64,000 nt of DNA from Planctomycetota bacterium (GCA_014584395.1 JACTMY010000006.1:59800-123799); one strand, 5' to 3'; shown: positions 15,523 through 25,755, counted from the stretch's first letter. The notes: generated from the letters alone by a model not told the origin. A program made the numbers and translations.

Positions 15523-16685
15523 CAAGCCGCTTGCTTGCGACGCGCCACTTCCGCGAATAATTCGAGCAAGGCTTGATAATGATCCTCAAACGTCCAGGCC
15601 ATGGCCGCCTGCCGGGCCGATCGGGCCAATCCCTGGCGATAAGCGTCGTCGCAAAATTGTTGTATGTGCCAGGCCAGGTGATCGGCATCATGCGGATCGG
15701 AAATCACGTGGGATTGCATGGCGGGAGGGAGCAATTCCGCGGCCCCATTGTGCACCGTGGTGATCACAGGCAATCCACAGGCAAGGGCTTCCAGAGTGAC
15801 CAGCGCGCAAGGATCATAGAAGGTTGGATGGACCAGGAAATCCGCGGCAAAATAGGGCTGCCTCACTTCCTCGACGAAGCCCAGAAAATGAACCTGATCG
15901 GCCACGCCCAAATCGCGGACCAGGCGTTCATAGGGTTTGACGTTTTGCCCGCCGCAGACGATCAATTGAGCAGACCCCTTAAGCCTGGCCCAAGCCCGCA
16001 GCAAAGGCCCGAGTCCCTTCAGCCGATAGTTATGGCCGCAGAACAACCCCACCACTTCTTCTGGATGTATCCCGAGCCGATCGCGCAATTCCGCGCGCAG
16101 CATGGGGCGGTCATAGGCTGTCATGCGGTCGGCATCGATGGCATTGGGAATGACGCGGACGCGGCTCGGATCGACGGAATACGACTGTTGCAAATGTCCC
16201 AGCACCATGCGACTCGGCACCACCACCCAGAGCGGTCGGTCCGCACGATATTGTTTTTGCTCCAGCCAGCGAAACGACCAATAACTCAAGCTGCAGCGCT
16301 GGACGCACCAGGCCAAGGAACGCATCCCAAAGGAAGCATGTTTGCGCAGGTTCTCCCGAGCGGAAACAACATGCACCCCCCCTTGGGGAATGAGCACGTC
16401 CTGGTGCCAGGTTTTGATCAGACCGACCACGACGTCATGCCGATGCAAGGGAATCGCTTGCTCGCAAGCCCTAGCGAAGTGCCATGGCCTAAGAAAACGA
16501 GGAGCTCGTCTGGGGGGAAGCGGATGATGTATCAATTCTTGAGGAAGCGACGCGGCGTCGTAGTCCACGGCGTAGAGATGCACTTCATGGCGATCGCGCA
16601 CCAGGCGGTGCAGCAGATCAGCCAGGTAGGTCTCCGCTCCACCCCGCTGGGGAAACACCGCTTCATAGGCAAAGGCAAGATTCAT
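15522..16685 (-). CDS. Glycosyltransferase family 4 (GT-B, RfaG/WaaG-like LPS core glycosyltransferase)
   Basis: 387 aa with N-terminal FPQRGGAETYLADLLHRLVRDRHEVHLY and a C-terminal GT1/GT4 motif (PTFYDPCALVTLEALACGLPVITT). It sits in the LPS gene cluster. Confidence 0.75.
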   Translation of the reverse strand: MNLAFAYEAVFPQRGGAETYLADLLHRLVRDRHEVHLYAVDYDAASLPQELIHHPLPPRRAPRFLRPWHFARACEQAIPLHRHDVVVGLIKTWHQDVLIPQGGVHVVSARENLRKHASFGMRSLAWCVQRCSLSYWSFRWLEQKQYRADRPLWVVVPSRMVLGHLQQSYSVDPSRVRVIPNAIDADRMTAYDRPMLRAELRDRLGIHPEEVVGLFCGHNYRLKGLGPLLRAWARLKGSAQLIVCGGQNVKPYERLVRDLGVADQVHFLGFVEEVRQPYFAADFLVHPTFYDPCALVTLEALACGLPVITTVHNGAAELLPPAMQSHVISDPHDADHLAWHIQQFCDDAYRQGLARSARQAAMAWTFEDHYQALLELFAEVARRKQAA

Positions 16686-16700
16686 GTGTTCATCGTCGAG

Positions 16701-17630
16701 TTAAGCAGCCGGCTTGGACACGCGCTGATGCGCCCCATCATGCTTTTGGACCATCGGCAAGGCTGGCTCCGAGGTTTTCGCTAGATTATGGTTCAGGTAA
16801 CGCTTGGCCTTAAGGGCCACCCATCGAGCGAGCCGTCGATCCGCGTTTGAAAACTTGCGGACGTTCAAATAAGCACGGAAAAAAGCCCATCGATCCCGGT
16901 CGGTAATCTCTGGAAGAAACGACGAATAGAGCAGTTGCGCCAGGTCTTTGATCCGCCAATAAAAACCCGTGATCGGATGATGGCCGAGCCGATGAAAATC
17001 GATCATGCTGATCTGACCAGGTTGGATGCGGGGGGGGTCGTCCCGAGTCGGCAGCGGCGCGTAAAAATGGCACAGATACAGGTCCTGATGGTAATGATGC
17101 GCATCATGCATGATGCGGACCAGGCGAGCCAGTTCGCGGATGAGGGAACGCCACCATTGCGGCGCCTCGGAGCGAGGCCGGATCGCCACGGCATGAGGAA
17201 GCCACTCGTTGAGGCTAAGCTGACCGGTCAATTCACGCAGCGCCAGATAACTCTGGCATCGTCCGCGCGGCCCTCGCCATTGGCCGACGGCCAAAGCATC
17301 CGGTACCGGAATCCCATGCTCCCTGGCCCACTGTAAATGTTTCCATTCCAACCAGGCGGGGGACCAGGCGCTTTGCGGGGCGATCCAGGCTTGCAACCGT
17401 TCCAGCCATGTGAAATGAAAATGACGTTTCAGATAAACCACCAAAGTGCGGCCATCGCGGTGAAACACCAACCTCCCCGTGGATCGTCCTTGCTTGGCAT
17501 GATACCGATCCGTGACCGGCATATTCATGAGGGCGGCCGCCTCGACGTGGCCGAGGAAGTCGTGCCATTCCGGATGCGTCAGGAAGCGCCCCTGCCCCGT
17601 GCGGCCGCGGGTCCAAAGTTTCAGGAACAT
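16701..17630 (-). CDS. Lipopolysaccharide kinase (Kdo/WaaP/InaA) family protein
   Basis: 309 aa with a kinase-like core, including HDAHHYHQDLYLCHFY (catalytic-loop-like) and IDFHRL. It lies next to a paralog and to the heptosyltransferase. Confidence 0.65.
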   Translation of the reverse strand: MFLKLWTRGRTGQGRFLTHPEWHDFLGHVEAAALMNMPVTDRYHAKQGRSTGRLVFHRDGRTLVVYLKRHFHFTWLERLQAWIAPQSAWSPAWLEWKHLQWAREHGIPVPDALAVGQWRGPRGRCQSYLALRELTGQLSLNEWLPHAVAIRPRSEAPQWWRSLIRELARLVRIMHDAHHYHQDLYLCHFYAPLPTRDDPPRIQPGQISMIDFHRLGHHPITGFYWRIKDLAQLLYSSFLPEITDRDRWAFFRAYLNVRKFSNADRRLARWVALKAKRYLNHNLAKTSEPALPMVQKHDGAHQRVSKPAA

Positions 17631-18538
17631 GGACCCTCTCCCGACGACTCATGGGGCTGAACCACCCGCAGTGAAGGCAGCCATGCCGTGGCATCCACGC
17701 TCACTCGCCAATAGGAGACGGCAGGCATGGCGTCGCCCTCCAGGGCCGGCGGGATCGTGGCCTGCCGCATCTTGCGGATTTTGTTGCGCTTCAATAATTG
17801 GGCTTCGCGTTGGCGAATGGCCCGCAGCGCGGCCCATTGTTCTTGTCGTTGGCGGCGGACCGCGGTGCTCCGCCAATAACGGGCATAAAAGGCCATCCGC
17901 TCCCTCGGTGTCACGGCGGCTTCGTGAAGGGATGCGGACAGGCTGGCCAAATCCCGCATGCGCTCGGCGAGCCGGGTGCCGCGCGGCGAATAGCGGGAGC
18001 GCTGAAAATCCACGAAGGCGACGTCGCTGGACTGCGTGCCGATGAAGACGTGCTTGGCGTAAAGGTCCGCATGCAGGAAGCCCGCATTGTGAAAGCGCGC
18101 CAGGGTATCGGCCAACTGCTCCAGCACTTTCCGCCGGGCCAAGCCGGGAGTCGCCGCGGCCAGGAAACGCGGCAAATCCACCGCCATGGGCAAGGCGCGC
18201 AGCATCAGGAACGCCTGCCCCTTGCGTTCCCCCATGGCCATCGGTTCGGGAGCAAAAAAGCCCAATTCACGCAAGCGAATCAATAACTGCCACTCGCGGC
18301 GCGCCTTGCTCACCCAACCAAAACCCGACCACCAATTGGTTAGCGCATCCTTCCAGGGCGACACGTACTCTTTCTTCAGGAAGACCTGGAGCTGATCCAA
18401 CGTCAATTGCCTGACGTCCCGTTGCCGGTGCCCCCCCACGAGGATGCCGTCCTCGATGCCCATGAAATCATGGAACGATCGGAGCCCCCATTTCCACAGG
18501 AAGAGGGCATAGCGCGGATTGATCAACAGGGCCGCCAT
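17621..18538 (-). CDS. Lipopolysaccharide kinase (Kdo/WaaP/InaA) family protein, second paralog
   Basis: 305 aa with FHNAGFLHADLYAKHVFI and VDFQRS motifs. It overlaps the downstream paralog by 10 nt. Confidence 0.65.
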   Translation of the reverse strand: MAALLINPRYALFLWKWGLRSFHDFMGIEDGILVGGHRQRDVRQLTLDQLQVFLKKEYVSPWKDALTNWWSGFGWVSKARREWQLLIRLRELGFFAPEPMAMGERKGQAFLMLRALPMAVDLPRFLAAATPGLARRKVLEQLADTLARFHNAGFLHADLYAKHVFIGTQSSDVAFVDFQRSRYSPRGTRLAERMRDLASLSASLHEAAVTPRERMAFYARYWRSTAVRRQRQEQWAALRAIRQREAQLLKRNKIRKMRQATIPPALEGDAMPAVSYWRVSVDATAWLPSLRVVQPHESSGEGPCS

Positions 18539-18539
18539 G

Positions 18540-19607
18540 TCACGCTCGCTTTCGTTGATCCTGTTGTGGCAAGGGCCAAGTCCATCGCGTCATCAGTTGG
18601 CGAACGGCATCGTAAACTTCCTCCGGCCCCAACTCAGTCATGCAGCGATGATCGAGCGGGCAGGTGCGCAGTTGGCACGGGCCACATGAAACCGGTTTTT
18701 GCAGGTGAATCGCCAAGGGGTGATACGTTTCCGTCCAGGCAATATGGGTCGGTCCAAACAACGTGACGACGGGTTTGTTGAACGCCGCCGCGAAGTGGCG
18801 CGGGCCGCTGTCGGTCGTGACGAGCAGGTCGCCGCGCCGCACACAGGCCTTGAGCAGGCCAATGGACAGCGTTTCCTCGGCCAGGCTGTGCACTGTGCGC
18901 CGTTGGGCCTGGTCGACAATCGACCGGGCCAGGGAGCGCTCCGAGGGGCCGCATAAAACCAAGACGTGAGCCTGGTCCTGATCCGCCAACCGTTGTGCCA
19001 GCCTGGCAAAGTGTTCGCTCGGCCAAAGCTTGGCTGAACCATAAGCCGCCCCCGGATTGAGCAGGACGACCTTGGCCGCTGCCTGCAAGCCAAACTTCGT
19101 CCAGACCTTGTCCGTCTGCTCTTCGTCTTGAGGCGACGTGAAGAGATGCATTTGATGGCCTGGCCACGGCGTTCCCAGGATCATCGCGATATGGTTATAT
19201 GCATCCAAGACGGGACTGGGAACATACCGGCCGCGTTCGTTGACCAAGGGCGGCAAGCGATCCGTCAGCATCCAGGAACGGCGGTCGCGGGCATAGCCCA
19301 CGATTCGGCGGCATCCCCCCAAATATGCGGTGAAGGCCGAACGAAAGGAATTGGGGAACAGGATGGCCACGTCGGCTTTCATTTTGCGCAAGTGGTATGC
19401 CGTGGAAGCGACGCTCTCCGCCCAGCCTTTCCCTTGGGTGCCCAGCCATTCATCGAACCACGGGCTGCCGGCGATGACGCCGTGAACGTATTTGCGCCCC
19501 ACGGCCACGAGTCGAGCCTGGCGGAAATGGCTGCGCAGGGCCGCGATCGCGGGAGTCGCCATGACCACGTCGCCAATCCAATTGGGCAGAAAGACGGCCA
19601 GGTTCAT
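18540..19607 (-). CDS. Glycosyltransferase family 9 (ADP-heptose:LPS heptosyltransferase)
   Basis: It has the N-terminal MNLAVFLPNWIGDVVMATPAIAALR signature of GT9 and the C-terminal TTDSGPRHFAAAF..P.V.LFGPT motif. Confidence 0.8.
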   Translation of the reverse strand: MNLAVFLPNWIGDVVMATPAIAALRSHFRQARLVAVGRKYVHGVIAGSPWFDEWLGTQGKGWAESVASTAYHLRKMKADVAILFPNSFRSAFTAYLGGCRRIVGYARDRRSWMLTDRLPPLVNERGRYVPSPVLDAYNHIAMILGTPWPGHQMHLFTSPQDEEQTDKVWTKFGLQAAAKVVLLNPGAAYGSAKLWPSEHFARLAQRLADQDQAHVLVLCGPSERSLARSIVDQAQRRTVHSLAEETLSIGLLKACVRRGDLLVTTDSGPRHFAAAFNKPVVTLFGPTHIAWTETYHPLAIHLQKPVSCGPCQLRTCPLDHRCMTELGPEEVYDAVRQLMTRWTWPLPQQDQRKRA

Positions 19608-19610
19608 GTT

Positions 19611-21146
19611 TCAAGCCACCTTGAGTGCGTTGCTGGGAGGCTCGCCTTGATCGCGAAGCTTGACCACCGCTGAAGTCGTGCTCAAGCCCGGCTTCATCGC
19701 CGCCAGATGAACCCGACCGCCGCGCGCTTCGACCCACTCCGCGCCGACGACTTGCTCCTTGCTGTAATCAGCACCTTTCACCAGCACGTCGGGGCTGATG
19801 CGTTCGATCAACGACAAGGGCGTGGGATCATCGAACAGCACGACGTAATCCACCGCCGCCAGCCCCGCCAAAACCTCCGCCCGATCCGCTTCATGATGAA
19901 TGGGCCTTTGCGGACCTTTCAGGCCGCGCACGCTGTGATCGCTGTTGAGGCCGACGATCAACACGTCGCCCTGGGCCTTGGCTTCGTTCAGATACTGCAC
20001 GTGGCCGGCGTGGAGCAGGTCGAAGCAACCGTTGGTGAAGACGATTTTACGATTTCGCGCGCGTTCGTATCTGAGCTGCATGTCCAGCACATCCAGACTG
20101 ACCTGCTTGTGCACAGACCCTGCCGCACCGCCGTGGCTGGCTTGCAAATCCGCGATCATCTCCTCGCGTGAAACCGGAGCGATCCCGACTTTTTCGACTT
20201 CCAGCCCCCCCGCGACGTTGGCCAAAGGAATGGCCGTTTCATAACCACTGCCCCCCGCCAAGGCCAGGCCGAGCACGCTCAATACCATGTCCCCCGCGCC
20301 GGTGATGTCGTAAACCTGCCGGGGCCGCGTGGGGAAATGTTGGCGGCGGCCATCCCGATGAACCATGGCCATGCCGTCCTTGTCGAGCGTGATAATCGAC
20401 GCTTCCATGGCGAGCATGTGCAAGAGCGTTTCCCCCGCCTTCCACGCTTGATCGAGCGTGTCGATCGGGAGACCAGTCGCCAGGCTGGCCTCGAGCCGAT
20501 TGGGGGTCATCGCATGACAACCCTTGTATTTCATGTAGGGGTGATTGCCATCGTTACTGCCGCAGCGAATGGGGTCCACTAAAATGCGCTTGCCCCCATG
20601 CAGGGCTTGGCGGATCACAGCCTGGGTCAATGTGGAAGTGCAAACGCCCTTGTCGTAATCGCTGATGAGAACGATATCGGCCAGGGCGATTTGGCGCGTG
20701 AGTATCGCGAGCAGCCGCTGCTCCAACGGCGCATCGATGGCCTGGCGGGTTTCATAATCTACGCGCAGGATTTGCTGCGGATGTTTCTGTTGGGCGCGGC
20801 CGACGTACCGTTCCTTCACCGTGGTCGGCCGCGACTCATCCGTCAACACCGCGTCGTGGTTGACCTGAAGCTGGTTCAAGAGATGGCGGAGGCGTTCCGC
20901 ATCGGCGTCCGCCCCTACAACTCCCGCCAAGGCGACACGGGCTTTCAAGGCTCGGAGCATCGTGGCGACGCTACTGGCCCCGCCCAGCCGCTCTTCCCGG
21001 CGATCCGCGCGCAGCAGGATCACCGGTGCTTCCTGGCTGATCCGTTCCGCGTCTCCCCAGACGTAACGGTCCAGCATCAGGTCGCCAAGAACCAAGACTT
21101 GGGGCTCGCCCCAATGCTCAATCTGTTGGATGAGATCCGTGGACAT
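19611..21146 (-). CDS. hldE: Bifunctional D-beta-D-heptose 7-phosphate kinase / D-beta-D-heptose 1-phosphate adenylyltransferase
   Basis: 511 aa. The N-terminal part is a ribokinase-like domain (VLVLGDLMLDRYVWG...DITGAGD). The C-terminal part is a cytidylyltransferase domain (FTNGCFDLLHAGHVQYL). Confidence 0.9.
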   Translation of the reverse strand: MSTDLIQQIEHWGEPQVLVLGDLMLDRYVWGDAERISQEAPVILLRADRREERLGGASSVATMLRALKARVALAGVVGADADAERLRHLLNQLQVNHDAVLTDESRPTTVKERYVGRAQQKHPQQILRVDYETRQAIDAPLEQRLLAILTRQIALADIVLISDYDKGVCTSTLTQAVIRQALHGGKRILVDPIRCGSNDGNHPYMKYKGCHAMTPNRLEASLATGLPIDTLDQAWKAGETLLHMLAMEASIITLDKDGMAMVHRDGRRQHFPTRPRQVYDITGAGDMVLSVLGLALAGGSGYETAIPLANVAGGLEVEKVGIAPVSREEMIADLQASHGGAAGSVHKQVSLDVLDMQLRYERARNRKIVFTNGCFDLLHAGHVQYLNEAKAQGDVLIVGLNSDHSVRGLKGPQRPIHHEADRAEVLAGLAAVDYVVLFDDPTPLSLIERISPDVLVKGADYSKEQVVGAEWVEARGGRVHLAAMKPGLSTTSAVVKLRDQGEPPSNALKVA

Positions 21147-21204
21147 CCCTGTCCCTCGATTCGTCCATGAACAAAGTCACTCACCGGTTCGCCTTTAACC
21201 CAAC

Positions 21205-22188
21205 TCAAGCGGCCTGGGACTGAGGCTCCGGAATCGACCGCTGTTGGTACAGTTTGGCGGCCACCGCGGCGTGGACCAGCGGAATCATGATTTCATGATG
21301 GCCGATCAGTTCGATCCCTTGATGCACGGGCCGCTCGACCACGTTGACGCGGCTGCGGTAGTTGGCATTTTTGTCCAGATTGACCGCGATCAGCTTGTCG
21401 AGGGCATAACCAAAATTGCGGACCACGCTCACGGCCTTGAGGAAGACCTCGGGCATGATCACCGCGCTGCCGAGATTCATCCAAATCCCCTCGGCCATCG
21501 TCGCCACCACGGAGCAAAGAAGGCGAAAATCCACCAGGCTGGCTTCGCCCATGGCCGCCCCGCTCACGTGCGGGTGCATGTGCACGATGTCCGTTCCCAG
21601 AGCGACGTGCACCGTGCAGGGGATGCCCGCTCGATGGGCCGCCAACAATAAACTCGCCTCGGGGTAAGCACAGTTTTGATCGGCCAGGTAGCGACCCAAG
21701 GCCGCCCCCAAACCGACGTGTTCCTGCGCCCCGATGCGCGCCGCCACGGCAAAGCCGTCCGCCGTCTCCTGGGCCATGCCGAATTTGCCGCTGGGCAATT
21801 GTCCGGCGACGTCCTCGCTGGTCTTGCCCACCAGGGCTAGTTCCAGGTCGTGAATGGCCGCGGAGCCGTTCATGGCCACGGCCGTGAGATAGCCGCGTTC
21901 GATCCAATCAATCAAGTAGGGAGCACAACCCGTCTTGATGACGTGCCCGCCCAGCGCCGCGACCACGGGACGCCCCTGCTCGAAGGCCGCACTCAAGTGA
22001 TCGCGCAAGGCCCGGACGCCATTGGCCGCCAATTGTCGGGGGAGTTGGTCCATCCATGCTTCGAGGGTAATCGGCCCCTCCGCCGGTCGTCCCAACTCAT
22101 CATGAAACACCTTGCTCGGGCGTTCTTTCAGTGGATACGTCTGCAATCCGTGCAGATTAAAGGGAGCAAATTTGCCTTGGGCTTCCAT
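21205..22188 (-). CDS. Deoxyhypusine-synthase-like (DHS-like NAD-binding fold) family protein
   Basis: 327 aa. The architecture parallels archaeal DHS: LGGHVIKTGCAPYLIDWIERGYLTAVAMNGSAAIHDLE vs FLGYTSN.ISSG.RE.I..L......D.IVTT.G...ED. IPCTVHVALGTDIVH is also present. The family call is from memory at low-identity level. Confidence 0.5.
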   Translation of the reverse strand: MEAQGKFAPFNLHGLQTYPLKERPSKVFHDELGRPAEGPITLEAWMDQLPRQLAANGVRALRDHLSAAFEQGRPVVAALGGHVIKTGCAPYLIDWIERGYLTAVAMNGSAAIHDLELALVGKTSEDVAGQLPSGKFGMAQETADGFAVAARIGAQEHVGLGAALGRYLADQNCAYPEASLLLAAHRAGIPCTVHVALGTDIVHMHPHVSGAAMGEASLVDFRLLCSVVATMAEGIWMNLGSAVIMPEVFLKAVSVVRNFGYALDKLIAVNLDKNANYRSRVNVVERPVHQGIELIGHHEIMIPLVHAAVAAKLYQQRSIPEPQSQAA

Positions 22189-22197
22189 GCCTTTCCC

Positions 22198-23253
22198 CTA
22201 TAAATGGAACACTCGATCCAACAACGAATGAAATGAATCCAAGCTCTCACGCAACCGAATCGCGATCTTGACTGCCAGCAAGCGGTGGCGGCCCAATGTT
22301 GGCACGCGCAGTTTGACTAAGTCTTTTTGGGTGGTGACGACCCAACCGTCTGGAGGCAGCTCTTCCGCCCAGCGTTCGAGAGCTTGCACGTCTGCTCGCG
22401 AATAGGGGTGATGATCCGCAAAGGTGCGTTGGAGCCGCACGTCCGCCCCCAGCCCTCGAAGCATGCGGAAGAACGCTTCGGGATTGCCGATGCCGCAAAA
22501 CGCCGCGACGGTCTTGCCCGCCAGGGCTGCCGTCGGCTCTGTCTGCTGCTGGGCATCCATCAGGACCTCGGGAACATGTTCCGACAAGAAGACCGGCCGC
22601 GATCCCATGCGCCGTTGGGCTTCCGCCCGCAAATGGCCCATGGCCTCAGGATCGACCTGATCGCAGCGCGTTAACACAACGGCATCCGCCCGGGCCAGTC
22701 CGTGAATCGATTCACGCAGCAATCCGCGAGGCAACTGCCAGCCATGACCCCATGGCTGCGTGGCATCGATCAGGACCAAGTCTAGATCGCGGGCCAGGCG
22801 GCGATATTGAAATCCATCATCCAGCACGATGACTTCGCTCTCCAACTCTTCCGGGGCCATCCGAGCCAAGGCGACGCGGTCGATTCCCTGCAAATGCGGC
22901 ACGTCGGGCAAATTGTCTTCCAACACCATCGCTTCGTCATTGCGGCCATGCGTCGCGCCATAACCGCGGCTGAGGATCACAACGCGGCGCTCCTGTTGTC
23001 TGAAATGACGGGCGACGTATTCGACCATCGGCGTTTTACCCGTCCCGCCCACCGTCAGATTGCCGATCGAGATTACCGGGCAAGCCGCGCGATGGACGGT
23101 TTTCCATCCCAAGTCAAAGAGCCAATTGCGCGTCGACGTGACCGTGCCATAAGCCATGGTCCCCAAACTCAAACCGCCGCGCAGCAGACTCGGCCACATC
23201 CCTCGCGAGTCGCCGCTGATTAATTGACGATGACATTCGCCCCAATCACTCAC
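22198..23253 (-). CDS. lpxK: Tetraacyldisaccharide 4'-kinase
   Basis: It has the P-loop ISIGNLTVGGTGKTPMVEYV followed by VVILSRGYG, which is diagnostic of LpxK. Confidence 0.85.
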   Translation of the reverse strand: MSDWGECHRQLISGDSRGMWPSLLRGGLSLGTMAYGTVTSTRNWLFDLGWKTVHRAACPVISIGNLTVGGTGKTPMVEYVARHFRQQERRVVILSRGYGATHGRNDEAMVLEDNLPDVPHLQGIDRVALARMAPEELESEVIVLDDGFQYRRLARDLDLVLIDATQPWGHGWQLPRGLLRESIHGLARADAVVLTRCDQVDPEAMGHLRAEAQRRMGSRPVFLSEHVPEVLMDAQQQTEPTAALAGKTVAAFCGIGNPEAFFRMLRGLGADVRLQRTFADHHPYSRADVQALERWAEELPPDGWVVTTQKDLVKLRVPTLGRHRLLAVKIAIRLRESLDSFHSLLDRVFHL

Positions 23254-23460
23254 GCTTGGTCCGCTCCACGAGTTTGGGTTCGACCATGGCGATTTATACT
23301 GTCAGTAAAATCAGGGAGCAACCGCAACTCGCGGTGAACCGCCGCAACTTTGCGTGAGAGCGACGAGGCGGACTTGACAAGATGGAAGCGCACCCGGCAA
23401 AGCCAGCGACCTGAGGCAGGCACGGGATCGAACGTGGGACTCGCCGGCGGGAGCGGCAGA

Positions 23461-25755
23461 TCAGGGCGGCTGCGGCGGCGGCGTCTCGCGGCGCATCAAA
23501 GAATGGATGTGTTGCATCAAGGTATCCGGCGAGAACGGCTTGCGCAGCAAGGCCTGCCCGGGCTTGAGCACCCGCAGAAACCGACTCCCGGTGTCCTTGG
23601 CATAGCCCGTCATGAACATGACGAGCATGCGCGGATGCCGTTCCAACAACTGTTCCGAGAGTTGATAGCCATTCATTTGCGGCAGCACGATGTCGGTGAC
23701 GAGAATGTCGATCGGCTCCTTGGCACTGTCGAAGATTTGCAAGGCTTCGATGCCATGGCTCGCCACCAGGACGCGAAACCCATAAAGCTTGAGCACGCGC
23801 TCCGTGAACGAGCGGACCGATTCTTCGTCCTCCACGAGCAAGATGGTCTTGTCCGCTGCCGCCAGCTTGACGCGCTTGGGCGAATAAGGCTCGCCATCGG
23901 CGAGGGGCTGCGTGCCCAAGTGCGGCAGGTAAATGCTGAACATGGTCCCGCGGTCCAGTTCGCTGTCGACCAGGATGGCGCCTCCCGCCTTTTGAATAAT
24001 ATCCGCCGCGGAAGCCAGGCCCAATCCCGTCCCATGGCCTGGCCCCTTGGTCGTGAAGAAGGGCTCGAACAGTCGCGCTTTGACGCTGTCATCCATCCCC
24101 TTGCCGGTGTCGGCCACCGTGATCAGGGAATATTCTCCCTTGTTCAACTTGCCCTTCAGGTAAGCTTCATCGCCGTTGACCGAAACGTTGCACGTTCGAA
24201 TCGTCAGCTTGCCGCCGTTGGGCATGGCGTCGCGGGCATTGAGCGCCATGTTGAGCAAGACCGATTCGATCTGCCCGTGGTCGGCTTGGATGCTCTTCAG
24301 GTCGGGGGATAATTGCACGTCGATGTCGATGTGCTCGCCGAGCAGCAGCCGCAGCATTTTTTCCAGGTCCGTCACCACCTCATTGAGATTCAACACCCGG
24401 GGAACGACGACTTGATTGCGCGAGAAGGAAAGCAGCCGGCGCACCAGGCCCGCCGAGCGTTCCCCCGCCTTGATGATCTCTTGCAACCCCTCGCGGACCA
24501 GTTTTTGATCCTCGGGGACCGTTTCCATCAGAATGTTGCTGTACCCCACGATGGCGGTGATCATGTTGTTGAAGTCGTGAGCAATGCCGCCCGCGAGCCG
24601 GCCCACGGCGTCCATCTTCCCGCTCTGCAGGAGTTGTTCTTCTAACAGCTTGCGGCGAGTGTCATCCACGACGTAGCCCCGCAAGGCGAGGAGGCGGCCT
24701 GCTTCATCGAATTCACCAAACACATTTTCAGTGACGTAGACCGGTTTGCCGTCCAAGCGCCGCAGTTCGACTTCGAGGTTCTGGATGCTTTTTTCCTTGC
24801 GCAGCCGATCGATGAATTGATCACGCGCCGCGGGCGGGGCGTACAGCGTGTTCATCGAGTACGTTCGCGCCTCTTCAACGGAGGCGAAGCCGAAAATCTT
24901 GGCAAACACGGAATTGCAGGCCAAGAGCCGGCCATCCGGCGTGGTGATGTAATTGCCCGACAGGCTTTCCTCAAAGAAGCGGCGATAGCTTTCTTCCTGC
25001 TTCTTGAGCGAATCTTGCATGCGTTTGCGATGGGCGATTTCCTGGGCCAGGGAGCGATTCGCCACGGCCAAGGCTTGCGTTTGGCCGTTGAGCTGCCGAA
25101 TGGTGCCGCGATTGGCCAGGAACAGAAAAAAGATGATGCCGGTGAGAATCGCTCCCGAGATCACCAACAGCCAAATCGAGTCCCAATTTTTCAAGACCAC
25201 GTTGCGATGCGACCAGAGGCGCGAGTGGATCGCTTGCACGCTGTCTTCCAGTTCCTGGACGAATTGATGGGCCGACAAAGTGTAGAGGGAATGGATGACA
25301 TCTTCCCACAGGGGGTCGGCCGACCGCAACCATTGCTCAAAACCCGCCATCTGCAAAATTCTTTGATCGATGCGGTCGAGCAGACGCGCGACCTCATCCC
25401 CTTCGTCCTGCCGCAAGAGCCGCTCCAGCAGATCTCCCTGTTCCTTGCGCCACGCTTGATAGAAATCCATGGGCGTTTGTTCGGGATTGCTCAAATACCT
25501 CGTGTTGAGCATGTAGAGGGCCAAGCGCTGTTCCAGATCGAGCACGATCTCCACGAGCTGCGCTTCGACTTCAATGTAGGTTTGGCTTTGGCGAACGTGC
25601 CACATCATCCAGAAGTGAAAAATCAGCACCACGACGGCAATGACGCCAAATGCCCAAACCCAAAAAGAACCGGCAAAACGAACCGGGGTCTCGGGCCTGG
25701 CCGCGTCATCGGAAAGGTGGGGGATTCGGTAAGTCTCTCTTGATGATGGTGGCAT
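23461..25755 (-). CDS. Hybrid sensor histidine kinase / response regulator (TM, PAS, HisKA, HATPase_c, REC)
   Basis: 764 aa with two TM segments and a PAS-like region. It has an H-box (IAHDFNNMITAIVGYSNIL), N and G boxes (LNARDAM; DTGKGMD; GTGLGLA) and a C-terminal receiver (ILLVEDEESV...DILVTDIVLPQMNG). Confidence 0.85.
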   Translation of the reverse strand: MPPSSRETYRIPHLSDDAARPETPVRFAGSFWVWAFGVIAVVVLIFHFWMMWHVRQSQTYIEVEAQLVEIVLDLEQRLALYMLNTRYLSNPEQTPMDFYQAWRKEQGDLLERLLRQDEGDEVARLLDRIDQRILQMAGFEQWLRSADPLWEDVIHSLYTLSAHQFVQELEDSVQAIHSRLWSHRNVVLKNWDSIWLLVISGAILTGIIFFLFLANRGTIRQLNGQTQALAVANRSLAQEIAHRKRMQDSLKKQEESYRRFFEESLSGNYITTPDGRLLACNSVFAKIFGFASVEEARTYSMNTLYAPPAARDQFIDRLRKEKSIQNLEVELRRLDGKPVYVTENVFGEFDEAGRLLALRGYVVDDTRRKLLEEQLLQSGKMDAVGRLAGGIAHDFNNMITAIVGYSNILMETVPEDQKLVREGLQEIIKAGERSAGLVRRLLSFSRNQVVVPRVLNLNEVVTDLEKMLRLLLGEHIDIDVQLSPDLKSIQADHGQIESVLLNMALNARDAMPNGGKLTIRTCNVSVNGDEAYLKGKLNKGEYSLITVADTGKGMDDSVKARLFEPFFTTKGPGHGTGLGLASAADIIQKAGGAILVDSELDRGTMFSIYLPHLGTQPLADGEPYSPKRVKLAAADKTILLVEDEESVRSFTERVLKLYGFRVLVASHGIEALQIFDSAKEPIDILVTDIVLPQMNGYQLSEQLLERHPRMLVMFMTGYAKDTGSRFLRVLKPGQALLRKPFSPDTLMQHIHSLMRRETPPPQPP

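Noticed and set aside
15573-16784. 403-aa plus-strand ORF overlapping the GT4 gene. Similar long shadows occur at 35261..36028, 40712..41311, 42552..43178, 43182..43748, 24817..25743, 28303..29226 and 54364..55071.
   Set aside because: In every case the opposite strand carries clear family motifs and operon-consistent starts. The shadow translations are Arg/Gly/His/Pro-rich and contain no motifs.
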